A stretch of 30,276 bases of DNA from a virus (IMGVR_UViG_3300032212_000113:1-30276), one strand, 5' to 3'; shown: positions 7,757 to 16,389, numbered from the stretch's first letter. Numbers and translations: made by a program. Notes: generated by a model from the sequence alone, not told the origin.

Positions 7757-7785
7757 TTGCGTCCCGTGTAAGGGGCTGATAAGGG
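7757..7785 (+). promoter_or_regulatory. Promoter of the same class as the cro promoter
   Basis: TTGCGT-N17-TAAGGG vs TTGCGT-N17-TATGGG at 5611; near-operator TTGC-N7-GTAA at 7757-7771. Confidence 0.55.
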
Positions 7786-7791
7786 TCTCTT

Positions 7792-7955
7792 GCTTCCGTG
7801 GATAATGAGAGCCCAAGGACAGCATTGGAGGGTGTCGTGCTTCTCGGTTTCCACGGCGCCCTCCATCTTGGCGGTTCCCGACAGGTTGCCCCCTCCGGGA
7901 TTAAACAGGCCCACGGCCGGCCGCCATAACTTACGGTTTGTCTTTTCCCGGAAGC
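7792..7955 (+). ncRNA. Candidate structured non-coding RNA or leader (~165 nt), no family recognised
   Basis: Intergenic; ends pair (GCTTCCG/CGGAAGC); 14-bp hairpin 7826-7865; helices 7815-7822/7938-7945 and 7869-7876/7919-7926; G-U pairs favour the + strand. Confidence 0.45.
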
Positions 7956-7998
7956 GTCGTATAAGCAACCCATCGGCTAGGCCGGCGCGAGGCGAAGA

Positions 7999-8694
7999 AT
8001 GGCAAAAACACCCCCTATAAAAGATTGGCCGGCGTCTAACGTCCGCAAGGCCACCGTTGCTGATTTGGTGCCCTACGCCCGCAACGCACGCCACCACACC
8101 CCGGAACAAATAGATCAGATCGCGGCCAGTATCGCGGAGTTCGGCTGGACCGTGCCCGTTCTGGTGGATGAGGCGGGCGAGATTATTGCAGGTCATGGCC
8201 GGGTTATGGCCGCGGAGCAGTTAGGCATAAAAACCGTCCCGGCCGCCACCGTTACCGGGTGGTCCAAGGACAAGCGCCGGGCCTATGCGTTGGCAGACAA
8301 CAAGCTGGCCCTGTCCTCCTCATGGGACATTGAAATGCTGGCGTCCGAATTGGAGGAGTTGGGGGAAAGCGATTTTGATTTAGCCCTTACCGGCTTTTCA
8401 GATGATGAGCTCGGGCGCATAAGCGACGATGCGGCAGAATTGGCCCTTGGCCTAGAAATGGCCGAGGACGGCTTCCCGGGCGGTTTGCAGGCGGACACCC
8501 CGGAGGGAGAGGAGGCGGCCGCTGACGGCCCGGAAAACGGCAGTCAGGCGGCTTCAAACTATTCCCTGTCCGTGCCAATGGATTACGAACAGCGGCAAGA
8601 GGCGTTCACGATCCTCCGGGAAATCAAGAAATCAAACGGCTATGACACCACGGCGGACGCGCTCCTCCATGCGCTCCGGCTTTGCAAGGAGTAG
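7999..8694 (+). CDS. ParB/Srx N-terminal domain protein without a fused methyltransferase
   Basis: LVPYARNARHH...IAASIAEFGW..P.LVD...IIAGHGR...RAYALADNKLA...FDLALTGF, then acidic linker and short helical tail. Confidence 0.9.
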   Translation: MAKTPPIKDWPASNVRKATVADLVPYARNARHHTPEQIDQIAASIAEFGWTVPVLVDEAGEIIAGHGRVMAAEQLGIKTVPAATVTGWSKDKRRAYALADNKLALSSSWDIEMLASELEELGESDFDLALTGFSDDELGRISDDAAELALGLEMAEDGFPGGLQADTPEGEEAAADGPENGSQAASNYSLSVPMDYEQRQEAFTILREIKKSNGYDTTADALLHALRLCKE

Positions 8695-8697
8695 GTA

Positions 8698-9444
8698 ATG
8701 ACAAACGCACCTTCGGCAGAACACGGCAGGGCTTTTTCAGAGTGGCCCGTCAAGCCGCACTTGATGGTCCCTCTGGACCGCAAGTTCCCGTCTTACCTCA
8801 CCGTCTTTTCCCATGAATTGGGCCGCAAGCTTTCCGCGGGTGACACCCATTACATTTACGCTCATGGGGAGGCGTTCCTCAGCGTCCCGTCTGTGGGCGA
8901 CTTCCTGTTGCGCCCCGGCATGTTCGCGGTGGTCCCGGGGGAGTGCAGCGTGCAACCCTTCAAGGGCCACGGCATTGCCGTTTCCCGGGAGGATTGGCTT
9001 GGCTACTTTCAGATCGGTGGACCGATCGAGCATGAGGGCCGCCTGAAATACATCGATGGCTGCACGGACAGCCTCTTGGCATCCCCGCCCAAGATGGGCG
9101 ACCCGTGCCTCAACCTGCTCTATTTCCCGCCGGGGATTGACCAGACCAGCCACACGCACCCGTCAGACCGCATCGGGATGATCATGTCCGGCCGGGGGGA
9201 GTGCGTGTTCGACAACGGGGACGGGGAAGGTGAGCGGGTGGTGGAGTTAAGCCCCGGCATGATCTTCACCATTCACGCGGAAGGCCAACACAAGTTCCGA
9301 ACCCCGTTCGCGGAGGACATGCGCGTTCTGGCCTATCACCCGGACAGCGACTTTGGGCCAACGGATGAGGAGCATCCGATGCTGAACCGCACTATCGTTG
9401 ACGGGGTGAGCGCCAAGCATCTGGAAGATATCCGGACCAAGTAA
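8698..9444 (+). CDS. Cupin-fold protein with a 3-His metal site
   Basis: FPPGIDQTSHTHPSDRIG and PGMIFTIHAEGQHKF cupin motifs; TAATG-coupled to next gene. Confidence 0.8.
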   Translation: MTNAPSAEHGRAFSEWPVKPHLMVPLDRKFPSYLTVFSHELGRKLSAGDTHYIYAHGEAFLSVPSVGDFLLRPGMFAVVPGECSVQPFKGHGIAVSREDWLGYFQIGGPIEHEGRLKYIDGCTDSLLASPPKMGDPCLNLLYFPPGIDQTSHTHPSDRIGMIMSGRGECVFDNGDGEGERVVELSPGMIFTIHAEGQHKFRTPFAEDMRVLAYHPDSDFGPTDEEHPMLNRTIVDGVSAKHLEDIRTK

Positions 9445-10619
9445 TGCCCAAGGTCCACAAGAAAGAGCTTGTAGAAGCCAACGTATATGATGCCGCCCTA
9501 GAGCGCGTCCGGGATTGTTACAGGCGCTTTGACAAGGTGGTGGTGTCATTCTCCGGCGGCAAAGACAGCACGGTGGTCTTGAACCTCGCTTTGCAGGTTG
9601 CCCGGGAAGAGGGGCGGCTCCCCCTAGATGTGTATTTTTGGGATGAAGAAGCCATACACCCGGAAACCATCGACTATGTCCGCCGGGTGGCGGAAATGGA
9701 GGAGGTGCGGTTCAAGTGGCTTTGCACCCCCATCGTTCACAGGAACGCCTGCTCCCGGAAGGAGCCTTATTGGACTTGCTGGGACCCGGAGAAAAAAGAC
9801 CTCTGGTGTCGCCCCATGCCCCCGGAAGGGGTAATCACCTTTCCCGGCTTTGAACCGGGCAAGGGCGTCCCGGAATTGGCTCATAAGGTTTATGGCCCGG
9901 AGCATGGCACGGTGGCAGATTTGCGGGGCCTTCGGGCTGATGAGAGCCTCCGCCGGTATCGCGCTGTAGCTATGCGGCTGAAAGATAATTGGATCGGCGG
10001 CGCCCGTGATGGTTACAGCTACCCCTGCTCCCCCATCTATGACTGGACCACGGCGGACGTGTGGACCGCCCCCCGCATGTTCGGCTGGGATTATAACCGG
10101 GCCTATGACCTGATGGCCATGGCGGGCATGTCGCCCCATGACCAACGGGTCTGCCCGCCCTATGGGGAGGAGCCGCTCAAGGGCCTGTGGATTTACGCCC
10201 AATGCTGGCCTGATCTTTGGGAAAAGATGATCGCCCGCGTTCCCGGAGCGGCCACGGCTGGCAGGTATGCCAAGACGGAGCTCTACGGTTGGGGCAAGAT
10301 GGAGAAGCCCCCGCCCGGCATGACGTGGAAGCAATGGACGTTCTCACAGCTTGACCTCTACCCCAAGGAATACCGGACGGCGATTGCCGCCAGTATTAAG
10401 TCTCTCTTGGCCCGTCACAGGCAATTGACAGGCCGGCCGGTGCAGATGGAGAAGGCCGACCCCCTCACGGGCATTTCGTGGCGCTATCTGGCGATGCTGG
10501 TTAACCGGGGGGATTTGAAAGCCCGCCGGGCTGGCAGCATGACGGCCCAAGCAACAAACGCCCGGAAGGGTGCAGATATGAGCGAGTTTGAAGATGGCGA
10601 AGCCGGCACACGTTACTAG
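9444..10619 (+). CDS. ibrA: IbrA/YbdN-like PAPS-reductase-family (PP-loop) protein
   Basis: SFSGGKDS PP-loop; DEEA; RNACS...WTCWD; GLRADESLRR; PIYDWTTADVW; YNRAYDLM. Confidence 0.88.
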   Translation: MPKVHKKELVEANVYDAALERVRDCYRRFDKVVVSFSGGKDSTVVLNLALQVAREEGRLPLDVYFWDEEAIHPETIDYVRRVAEMEEVRFKWLCTPIVHRNACSRKEPYWTCWDPEKKDLWCRPMPPEGVITFPGFEPGKGVPELAHKVYGPEHGTVADLRGLRADESLRRYRAVAMRLKDNWIGGARDGYSYPCSPIYDWTTADVWTAPRMFGWDYNRAYDLMAMAGMSPHDQRVCPPYGEEPLKGLWIYAQCWPDLWEKMIARVPGAATAGRYAKTELYGWGKMEKPPPGMTWKQWTFSQLDLYPKEYRTAIAASIKSLLARHRQLTGRPVQMEKADPLTGISWRYLAMLVNRGDLKARRAGSMTAQATNARKGADMSEFEDGEAGTRY

Positions 10620-11121
10620 CGCAATTGAGGGCCAGCCGGTTTCCGCGGTTGTGTGGCGTCACAGGGAAGAATTAAGCCCCAACGACTTCAACCCGAACAA
10701 GGTGGCGGCGCCAGAAATGAAGCTCCTGATCACGTCCATTTTAGAGGACGGCTGGACACAACCGATTGTCATTCTCCCGGATATGACCATCGTGGACGGC
10801 TTCCACCGTTACACGGTCAGCGGCTATCCGGAATTGGAGGAGAGGTTCGGCGGTTGGGTTCCGACCGTCATTGTGGACGCAGACCCCCTGCATCACCGCA
10901 TGTCGACTATCCGGCACAACCGCGCCCGGGGAACGCACGGAGTTGTCCCCATGGCGGATATTGTGCGCTTCCTCTCAGACCAAGGGGCGGACAAGGAAGA
11001 AATCATGAAGCGCCTGTCCATGGAGGATGAGGAGGTTGACCGGCTGTTGGATCGCGCCGGGATGCCGTCTGGTGGCGGTAAGGATAATTTCGGGCACGCA
11101 TGGCGGCCGAAAGCAAATTGA
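10594..11121 (+). CDS. ibrB: IbrB/YbdM-like ParB-family protein
   Basis: NDFNPNKVAAPEMKLL..SILEDGWTQPIV, IVDGFHRY, STIRHNRARGTH; overlaps the ibrA-like gene. Confidence 0.9.
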   Translation: MAKPAHVTSAIEGQPVSAVVWRHREELSPNDFNPNKVAAPEMKLLITSILEDGWTQPIVILPDMTIVDGFHRYTVSGYPELEERFGGWVPTVIVDADPLHHRMSTIRHNRARGTHGVVPMADIVRFLSDQGADKEEIMKRLSMEDEEVDRLLDRAGMPSGGGKDNFGHAWRPKAN

Positions 11122-11172
11122 TTTATAAATCAGGTCCACTCTAGGAGGCGGTCGTAAAGCGGCCGGGACAAT

Positions 11173-11538
11173 ATGGCAGGTCGCAAGGCGCACGAGCCAA
11201 CACAAAAAACCCGCCAACAGGTCAAGGCCCTTTCGGGTTACGGCCTCCCGCAAGACCAGATTGCGGATACGGTGGGGATATCTGAAAGCACCCTCAAAAA
11301 GTATTACGGCGAGGAGTTGCGTCGAGGTATAGCCGTAGCCAATGCCACGGTAGCGGAGGCTCTCCACCAGCAATGCAGGCGGGGCAATACGACCGCCCTC
11401 ATATTTTGGGCCAAAACCCGGATGGGGTGGAAGGAGCGTTCCGTCCATGAGGTTGGCGGCATAGACGGCCAGCCCTTGGCCACATCTCTGGAAATCAATT
11501 TTACAGACAGCCCGGAAAGCCATGAAGGCAAGGGTTAG
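11173..11538 (+). CDS. terS: Terminase small subunit
   Basis: HTH (GLPQDQIADTVGISESTLKKYY), GNTTALIFWAKTRMGWKE, GGIDGQPL; overlaps terL. Confidence 0.85.
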   Translation: MAGRKAHEPTQKTRQQVKALSGYGLPQDQIADTVGISESTLKKYYGEELRRGIAVANATVAEALHQQCRRGNTTALIFWAKTRMGWKERSVHEVGGIDGQPLATSLEINFTDSPESHEGKG

Positions 11539-12715
11539 TCTCCCGCCTGTCTTTCAGCCCCTGTTCCGGCCGGCTCGTTACAAGGGGGCCTTCGGTGGGC
11601 GTGGCTCGGCCAAGTCTCACACCTTCGCCACCATGGCGGCGGTCAAGCATTGGAACGGCCATGGTGTGCGGGGGCTGTGTATCCGGGAGGTTCAAAAAAC
11701 CCTAGAGCAATCGGCCAAGTTTCTGATTGAAAGCAAAATCCGGCAATATGGCCTCGGGGGCTTCCGTCTTATGCAAAACCATATCGATACGCCCGGGGGA
11801 GGCGTTATCAATTTTTTGGGGATGCAGAACCACACCAAGGACAATGTGAAGTCCTTGGAGGGCTATGATTGGGTGTGGGTCGAGGAGGCGCAAACGCTAT
11901 CGCAATCCTCATTGGATGTGCTGCGGCCGACCATCCGGAAAGAGGCGTCCGAGCTGTGGTTCGGTTGGAACCCGGACCAGCCAACAGACCCTGTAGATGA
12001 TTTTTTCCGGGGAGGGGATGCGCCCCCTAATTCCGTTCTCGTCAAGGCCAATTACATGGACAACCCGTTTTTCCCGGAAGTCCTACGGGAAGATATGGAA
12101 TATGACCGGGCCAGAGATCCGGATAAATACGCTCACGTTTGGCTTGGCGGCTATCAGGTCCACAGCGAAGCCCGGGTGTTCCACAATTGGCGGGAGGAGG
12201 AGTTCGAAACCCCGGATGATGCCCGCTTTTATTTCGGTGCAGATTGGGGCTTTTCGGTGGACCCTACGGTTCTGGTCCGCATGTGGATCAGGGACAACAC
12301 CCTGTTCATTGACCAAGAGGCTTACAAGGTGCGCTGCACCATCGAGGACACGCCGGCCCTTTTCGATACCATCGAGGGCTCCCGTAAATGGCCCCTCATT
12401 GCGGATAGCGCCCGGCCGGAAACCATCGATTACATGAAGCGCCACGGCTTCCCGAATATCAAGCCTAGCCGCAAGGGGGTTGGCTCTGTTGAGGACGGCA
12501 TCGAGTTTGTCAAAAACTTTGATATCGTTGTCCATCCCCGATGCCGGCACACCATCGATGAGCTCACCTTTTATCGTTACAAGACGGATAAGAAAACGGG
12601 AGAAGTTCTGCCCGTCTTGGAAGATGCGAAAAACCACGTTATAGATAGCGTTCGCTATGGCTTAGAAAATCTCCGGCGCGGTCAGGCCGCCTCGATCAAG
12701 GTGGGTTTCGGATGA
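11522..12715 (+). CDS. terL: Terminase large subunit, PBSX family
   Basis: Walker A GGRGSAKS, Walker B WVWVEEA, GADWGFSVDP, NHVIDSVRY. Confidence 0.96.
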   Translation: MKARVSLPPVFQPLFRPARYKGAFGGRGSAKSHTFATMAAVKHWNGHGVRGLCIREVQKTLEQSAKFLIESKIRQYGLGGFRLMQNHIDTPGGGVINFLGMQNHTKDNVKSLEGYDWVWVEEAQTLSQSSLDVLRPTIRKEASELWFGWNPDQPTDPVDDFFRGGDAPPNSVLVKANYMDNPFFPEVLREDMEYDRARDPDKYAHVWLGGYQVHSEARVFHNWREEEFETPDDARFYFGADWGFSVDPTVLVRMWIRDNTLFIDQEAYKVRCTIEDTPALFDTIEGSRKWPLIADSARPETIDYMKRHGFPNIKPSRKGVGSVEDGIEFVKNFDIVVHPRCRHTIDELTFYRYKTDKKTGEVLPVLEDAKNHVIDSVRYGLENLRRGQAASIKVGFG

Positions 12716-14148
12716 CCAATACAGTAGGCGATCGTTCGCCAGTGATGCAAAAACAAGTGGATAGCTGGACGTTGGTCCGGGATTTCTCGGAGGGCGGCCA
12801 GAAGGCCAAAGACCACATCGGCCGATTGCCCGGGCATGATGATAGCACTTATGGCACCTTCAAGGAGCGGGCGTATTTCCTAGGCGCCACGGAGCGCACG
12901 GTGGAGGGGCTCTGCGGCCTGATCTTCCGCAAGCCGCCGGCCTTCAATTATCCGAAGGCGTTTGATGAGTATAAGCGGGATATCACCCGCGATGGCCGCT
13001 CCGTCACGCAGCTTGCGGAGGAGATTGCAGAGGAGGTCATAACGTCCGGCTTCTGCGGCGTTCTGGTGGATCACCCGCCGCAAGGGGAGGGGGTGACAAA
13101 GGCGGATGCTGAAACGCGCGGTCTAAGGCCATACGCCCGCCTCTACAGGGCAGAAAGCATTCTCGCCATGCAAGAGGCCACGCGGGGCGCGGATCGCGTC
13201 CTTGAGCAGGTCAGGCTGCATGAGGAGTTTTACGCGCCCGACCCGGAGGACGAGTTTTCCACCATCGCCAATGAGCGCGTCCGGGTTTTGTCCTTGGATG
13301 AGGGCGGGTATTATTTTGTCCGGGTTTATGAGCGCGTGAAAACGCAAGGCGGGGCCAAGGCCGCCTCATGGGAAATGACCCAAGAGCCGTTCTATCCCAC
13401 GCAACGCGGCAAAAAGTTAACGAGCATCCCCTTCCGGGCCTTCTCCCGCCGGGGCCATGTCAGCACCCCGCCCAAGCCGCCTCTGTTCGATATGGCGGAG
13501 GCGAACCGGCACCATCTGAACGATAGCGCCCTTCTGCAATGGGGCTTAATGTGGACCGCCAACCCGACCCCCTGTTTTGTGAACCTGCAATTGGAAGAGG
13601 GCGATCAGGTGGCGCTGGGGGCTTCCAAGGGGCTGATCTTCGGGGCAGATGGCGCCGCCTTCTTCCTTGAGTTTGGCGGGGCGGGCCTCGGGGCTATCAG
13701 GCAGGGCATGGAGGACAAGCGCCGGGACATGGCCACGCTGGGCGCCCGGATGCTTATGGAAGATCGCAAGATGGTGGAGAGTGAGGGCACGGCTCGCATT
13801 CACCGCTCCGGTGAGCATTCGATTTTGTCCAGTGTCGCCAATAACATTTCTGAGGGGCTTAACGTGGTCATGTTGTGGGTGTCGGAGTGGGCCGGCATTT
13901 CCGGGGAGGTAGAGCTTTCCCTGAACACGGATTTCGTGGCGGAGCCTATGGACGCTCAATCCCTGACAGCCATCATGGCCGCGTGGCAGGGCGGTGGCAT
14001 CACCCGGGAAGACCTGTTCCTTGCCTTGCAGCGAGGTGAGGTCATTCACCAGAACAAGACCTTGGAGGAGCACACCGAGGAATTGGAAAACGAGACGCCG
14101 GCCCTCCCGGTGGTGGGCGAACCGCCGGTGCCAGATGGCGAGGAATAA
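12712..14148 (+). CDS. Portal protein (DUF4055-like)
   Basis: 478 aa after terL; RA.FLGATERTVEGLCGLIFRKPP, GVLVDHP, RPYARLYRAESI, KPPLFDMA. Confidence 0.88.
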   Translation: MTNTVGDRSPVMQKQVDSWTLVRDFSEGGQKAKDHIGRLPGHDDSTYGTFKERAYFLGATERTVEGLCGLIFRKPPAFNYPKAFDEYKRDITRDGRSVTQLAEEIAEEVITSGFCGVLVDHPPQGEGVTKADAETRGLRPYARLYRAESILAMQEATRGADRVLEQVRLHEEFYAPDPEDEFSTIANERVRVLSLDEGGYYFVRVYERVKTQGGAKAASWEMTQEPFYPTQRGKKLTSIPFRAFSRRGHVSTPPKPPLFDMAEANRHHLNDSALLQWGLMWTANPTPCFVNLQLEEGDQVALGASKGLIFGADGAAFFLEFGGAGLGAIRQGMEDKRRDMATLGARMLMEDRKMVESEGTARIHRSGEHSILSSVANNISEGLNVVMLWVSEWAGISGEVELSLNTDFVAEPMDAQSLTAIMAAWQGGGITREDLFLALQRGEVIHQNKTLEEHTEELENETPALPVVGEPPVPDGEE

Positions 14149-14151
14149 GCC

Positions 14152-15123
14152 ATGTCCCCCGCTGATGAATTGCTTGACCGCACGGTTCGGCATCAGGTGG
14201 GTTTGCTTCGCTACAGTAACGCGACGGTTCAGAAGGCTGTTACATTACTGGCGCGGGTTGAGGCCGACGTCTTGGCCCAACTCCGCTCCCTCGACCCTCA
14301 ATCCTACACTTTTTCACGGTTAGAAACTCAGCTTGCATCCGTCCGACAAGTCCAGCGCCAAGGATATGACCAGCTTGCGGGGCTGGTGTCCGCGGAAATG
14401 GATGATCTGGCGGCGTATGAGGCGACATTCACGGCGCGACAAGCGGGGCAGGTCTTAGGGGCTACCTTCGATGTGCCCTCTCGGGAAAGTATTATTACGG
14501 CGGTCAACTCCCGGCCCTTCCAAGGGCGCTTTCTCCGGGAATGGATGCGGGGGCTGGATGAGGATGCGGGCCGGCGCATTCGGGACGCGGTCCGCATGGG
14601 GTTTGTTGAGGGAGAGGGCACACGGTCCATAATGCAGCGCGTCCGGGGCACGAGGGCGGCGGGTTACAATGACGGCATTTTGGCTATCAATCGCCGTTCT
14701 GCAGAGCGGGTTATCCGAACGGCCGTTAACCACACGGCAAGCCGCGCCCGGAATGAAGTGTTCAACAGCAATGACCTTGTCAGCGGTGTCCAGTGGACCT
14801 CCGTTCTGGATAGCCGAACGAGCATTGTATGCGCCGGCCGGGATGGCAAAGTATATCCCAAGGGCAGCGGTCCGCGCCCTCCTGCACACCCCAATTGCCG
14901 TTCGCAGATCACGGCCGTTCTCGATGGCTTCCCGCCCCCGGAGCGGGTGACTTATGAGCAATGGTTACGGCGCCAGCCTACAGAGGTGCAGAATGATGTT
15001 CTCGGCACGGCACGGGCTAGGGCGTGGCGGCGTGGTGATGTTCCGCTCGATCGGTTTGTGAGCAAGCGGGGCGATACCCTGACTTTGCAGGAGCTCGCGG
15101 CCAAGGAGGGGATATCCCTGTAA
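14152..15123 (+). CDS. Head morphogenesis protein (SPP1 gp7/MuF)
   Basis: AERVIRTAVNH, WTSVLDSRTSIVC..RDG, PPAHPNCRS. Confidence 0.92.
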   Translation: MSPADELLDRTVRHQVGLLRYSNATVQKAVTLLARVEADVLAQLRSLDPQSYTFSRLETQLASVRQVQRQGYDQLAGLVSAEMDDLAAYEATFTARQAGQVLGATFDVPSRESIITAVNSRPFQGRFLREWMRGLDEDAGRRIRDAVRMGFVEGEGTRSIMQRVRGTRAAGYNDGILAINRRSAERVIRTAVNHTASRARNEVFNSNDLVSGVQWTSVLDSRTSIVCAGRDGKVYPKGSGPRPPAHPNCRSQITAVLDGFPPPERVTYEQWLRRQPTEVQNDVLGTARARAWRRGDVPLDRFVSKRGDTLTLQELAAKEGISL

Positions 15124-15148
15124 AAGAAAACCCCCGCCGGAGCGGGGG
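15122..15148 (-). terminator. Intrinsic terminator of the reverse insert
   Basis: CCCCCGC-N4-GCGGGGG stem followed on the minus strand by TTTTCTTTT. Confidence 0.75.
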
Positions 15149-15181
15149 AGGTGTATTTCCAGCGCCCTGAGCGGGCCTAGA

Positions 15182-15580
15182 TTAAGCGTCTACGTTTTTT
15201 AACCACTCTGGTGGCGCCAGAACAAACCACTCAGTCCCGGGGCGTTCTTCGCCCATTGCGGGGGCAGACCAGAATTTAACCAGAACCGGCTTGCCATCAA
15301 AATCATCGGTGGTGATCCGCTTATCCGTGAAGCCCGCTTTGGAGCGCTGGCCTGTGTGGATATCCGGCTTGATGGTGACGCGTCCCCGTTTGGGGTCTGT
15401 CCGGAAATAGCGGGGGTATTTACCGCCGGCGACTTCATGGAAGCCAAGGCGCCCGGCGTGTTCCTCATCGAGGAAGCGGGGTGTAAGGTCGCTATTGGTG
15501 GCGGTCATCTGGCACCCTTGCAGGGGGTGGTCCAGCTCAACGCCGTTCAGGGTGTAGAAGTAAAATCTAAGAGCGGCCAT
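15182..15580 (-). CDS. Hypothetical protein (reverse insert, gene 3)
   Basis: AGGAGG RBS; ends before terminator. Confidence 0.75.
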   Translation of the reverse strand: MAALRFYFYTLNGVELDHPLQGCQMTATNSDLTPRFLDEEHAGRLGFHEVAGGKYPRYFRTDPKRGRVTIKPDIHTGQRSKAGFTDKRITTDDFDGKPVLVKFWSAPAMGEERPGTEWFVLAPPEWLKNVDA

Positions 15581-15589
15581 GAGAGCCTC

Positions 15590-15892
15590 CTATGCTGCTT
15601 CGGTTGGGGAAAGGGGGAAGGGCTTGCCGAGCATGTCCAGTATGGCGGCGGCCTCTTTCAAGCCGTGGACGCTGGCGAGGGATTGCTTGATGCCATCCTT
15701 GCGGCCGTAGGCGGTGACGATGTAATCCTGATCGCCTTGGACATACCCGTCCGCACGCCATGAGCGGGCGCGGGAATACAGGTAATTTTCGCCGGCTACA
15801 GCGAGGGCGAATTTCGCGGCGCTTTTGGCTGTGTAAATGCTGGCCTCGGTTTCGGCGGTGGTGCGGCTGGTGTCGGTGCGGTTGCGGGTCAT
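15590..15892 (-). CDS. Hypothetical protein (reverse insert, gene 2)
   Basis: AAGGA RBS after a GC hairpin. Confidence 0.75.
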   Translation of the reverse strand: MTRNRTDTSRTTAETEASIYTAKSAAKFALAVAGENYLYSRARSWRADGYVQGDQDYIVTAYGRKDGIKQSLASVHGLKEAAAILDMLGKPFPLSPTEAA

Positions 15893-15957
15893 TTCGGTTT
15901 CCTTGTGTGGGGGTGGTGGGGTGGTGGCGGGGCGCTAACCCCGCCGGGGCGCCGGCC

Positions 15958-16389
15958 CTAGCTGCGCCAGATTACCGGGTCCCAATTGAGCAAATCGAGA
16001 TTGTGGGCGAAGCGGCGAATATGCTTCCATTTGCCAACGCGGATGCCCAAATCCCACAGGATGTGATCAAAGTCTTGGGGATTGTTGCGCCAGTCCGTAG
16101 AATGGCAATCCGCGGCCACGCTATCCAAGAACAACGCGAAGGCCCGCTCGATGGTGCAGCCCTGCACGGTGCGCTGAATGAGGCGAATGGCCCGGTATGC
16201 ATCCCGGATGGTGTAGCGGGTGCCGGTGCGCTCATCTATGTCATTTTGGCGCATTTCCCGGATGAAGCCCTCCATATCGCGATCAAATTGGGCCACGGTG
16301 TCCGGCGTGTAGCCGCGCGGGCGGAAGCCATAAGCCTCTTTGTGGGCGTCGGAATAGATGGAAATCTGTTCTTGGGTTAACTCGGTCAT
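15958..16389 (-). CDS. Hypothetical phage protein with YSDxHKxAYGFRPR motif (reverse insert, gene 1)
   Basis: GGAG-AAAAAC-ATG at 16389; motif recalled from uncharacterised phage proteins. Confidence 0.75.
   Translation of the reverse strand: MTELTQEQISIYSDAHKEAYGFRPRGYTPDTVAQFDRDMEGFIREMRQNDIDERTGTRYTIRDAYRAIRLIQRTVQGCTIERAFALFLDSVAADCHSTDWRNNPQDFDHILWDLGIRVGKWKHIRRFAHNLDLLNWDPVIWRS

Noticed and set aside
7792-7955. 6S RNA, pRNA or tRNA identity for the structured RNA
   Set aside because: Branched rather than rod with central bubble; no cloverleaf; only the size resembles 6S or pRNA
7790-8020. 76-aa ORF across the candidate ncRNA
   Set aside because: TTG start falls at or before the predicted TSS with no RBS; protein has no features. 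A short ORF from ATG 7805 cannot be fully excluded
9444-10619. True CysH sulfate-assimilation auxiliary gene, Dnd operon or type IV-B CRISPR
   Set aside because: No C-terminal ECGLH motif; IbrA-type motifs and IbrB partner instead; no other dnd or cas genes, no array
11118-11133. FNR/FixK box
   Set aside because: Spacing is TTGAT-N6-ATCAG, not TTGAT-N4-ATCAA
11485-11505. SLEINFT in TerS (and LSLNTDF in portal) as further docking tags
   Set aside because: Weaker match without the G/Y, and in positions ordinary for those families
14152-15123. MuF-fused polymorphic toxin
   Set aside because: Only the ordinary short C-terminal extension; no toxin domain or co-oriented immunity gene
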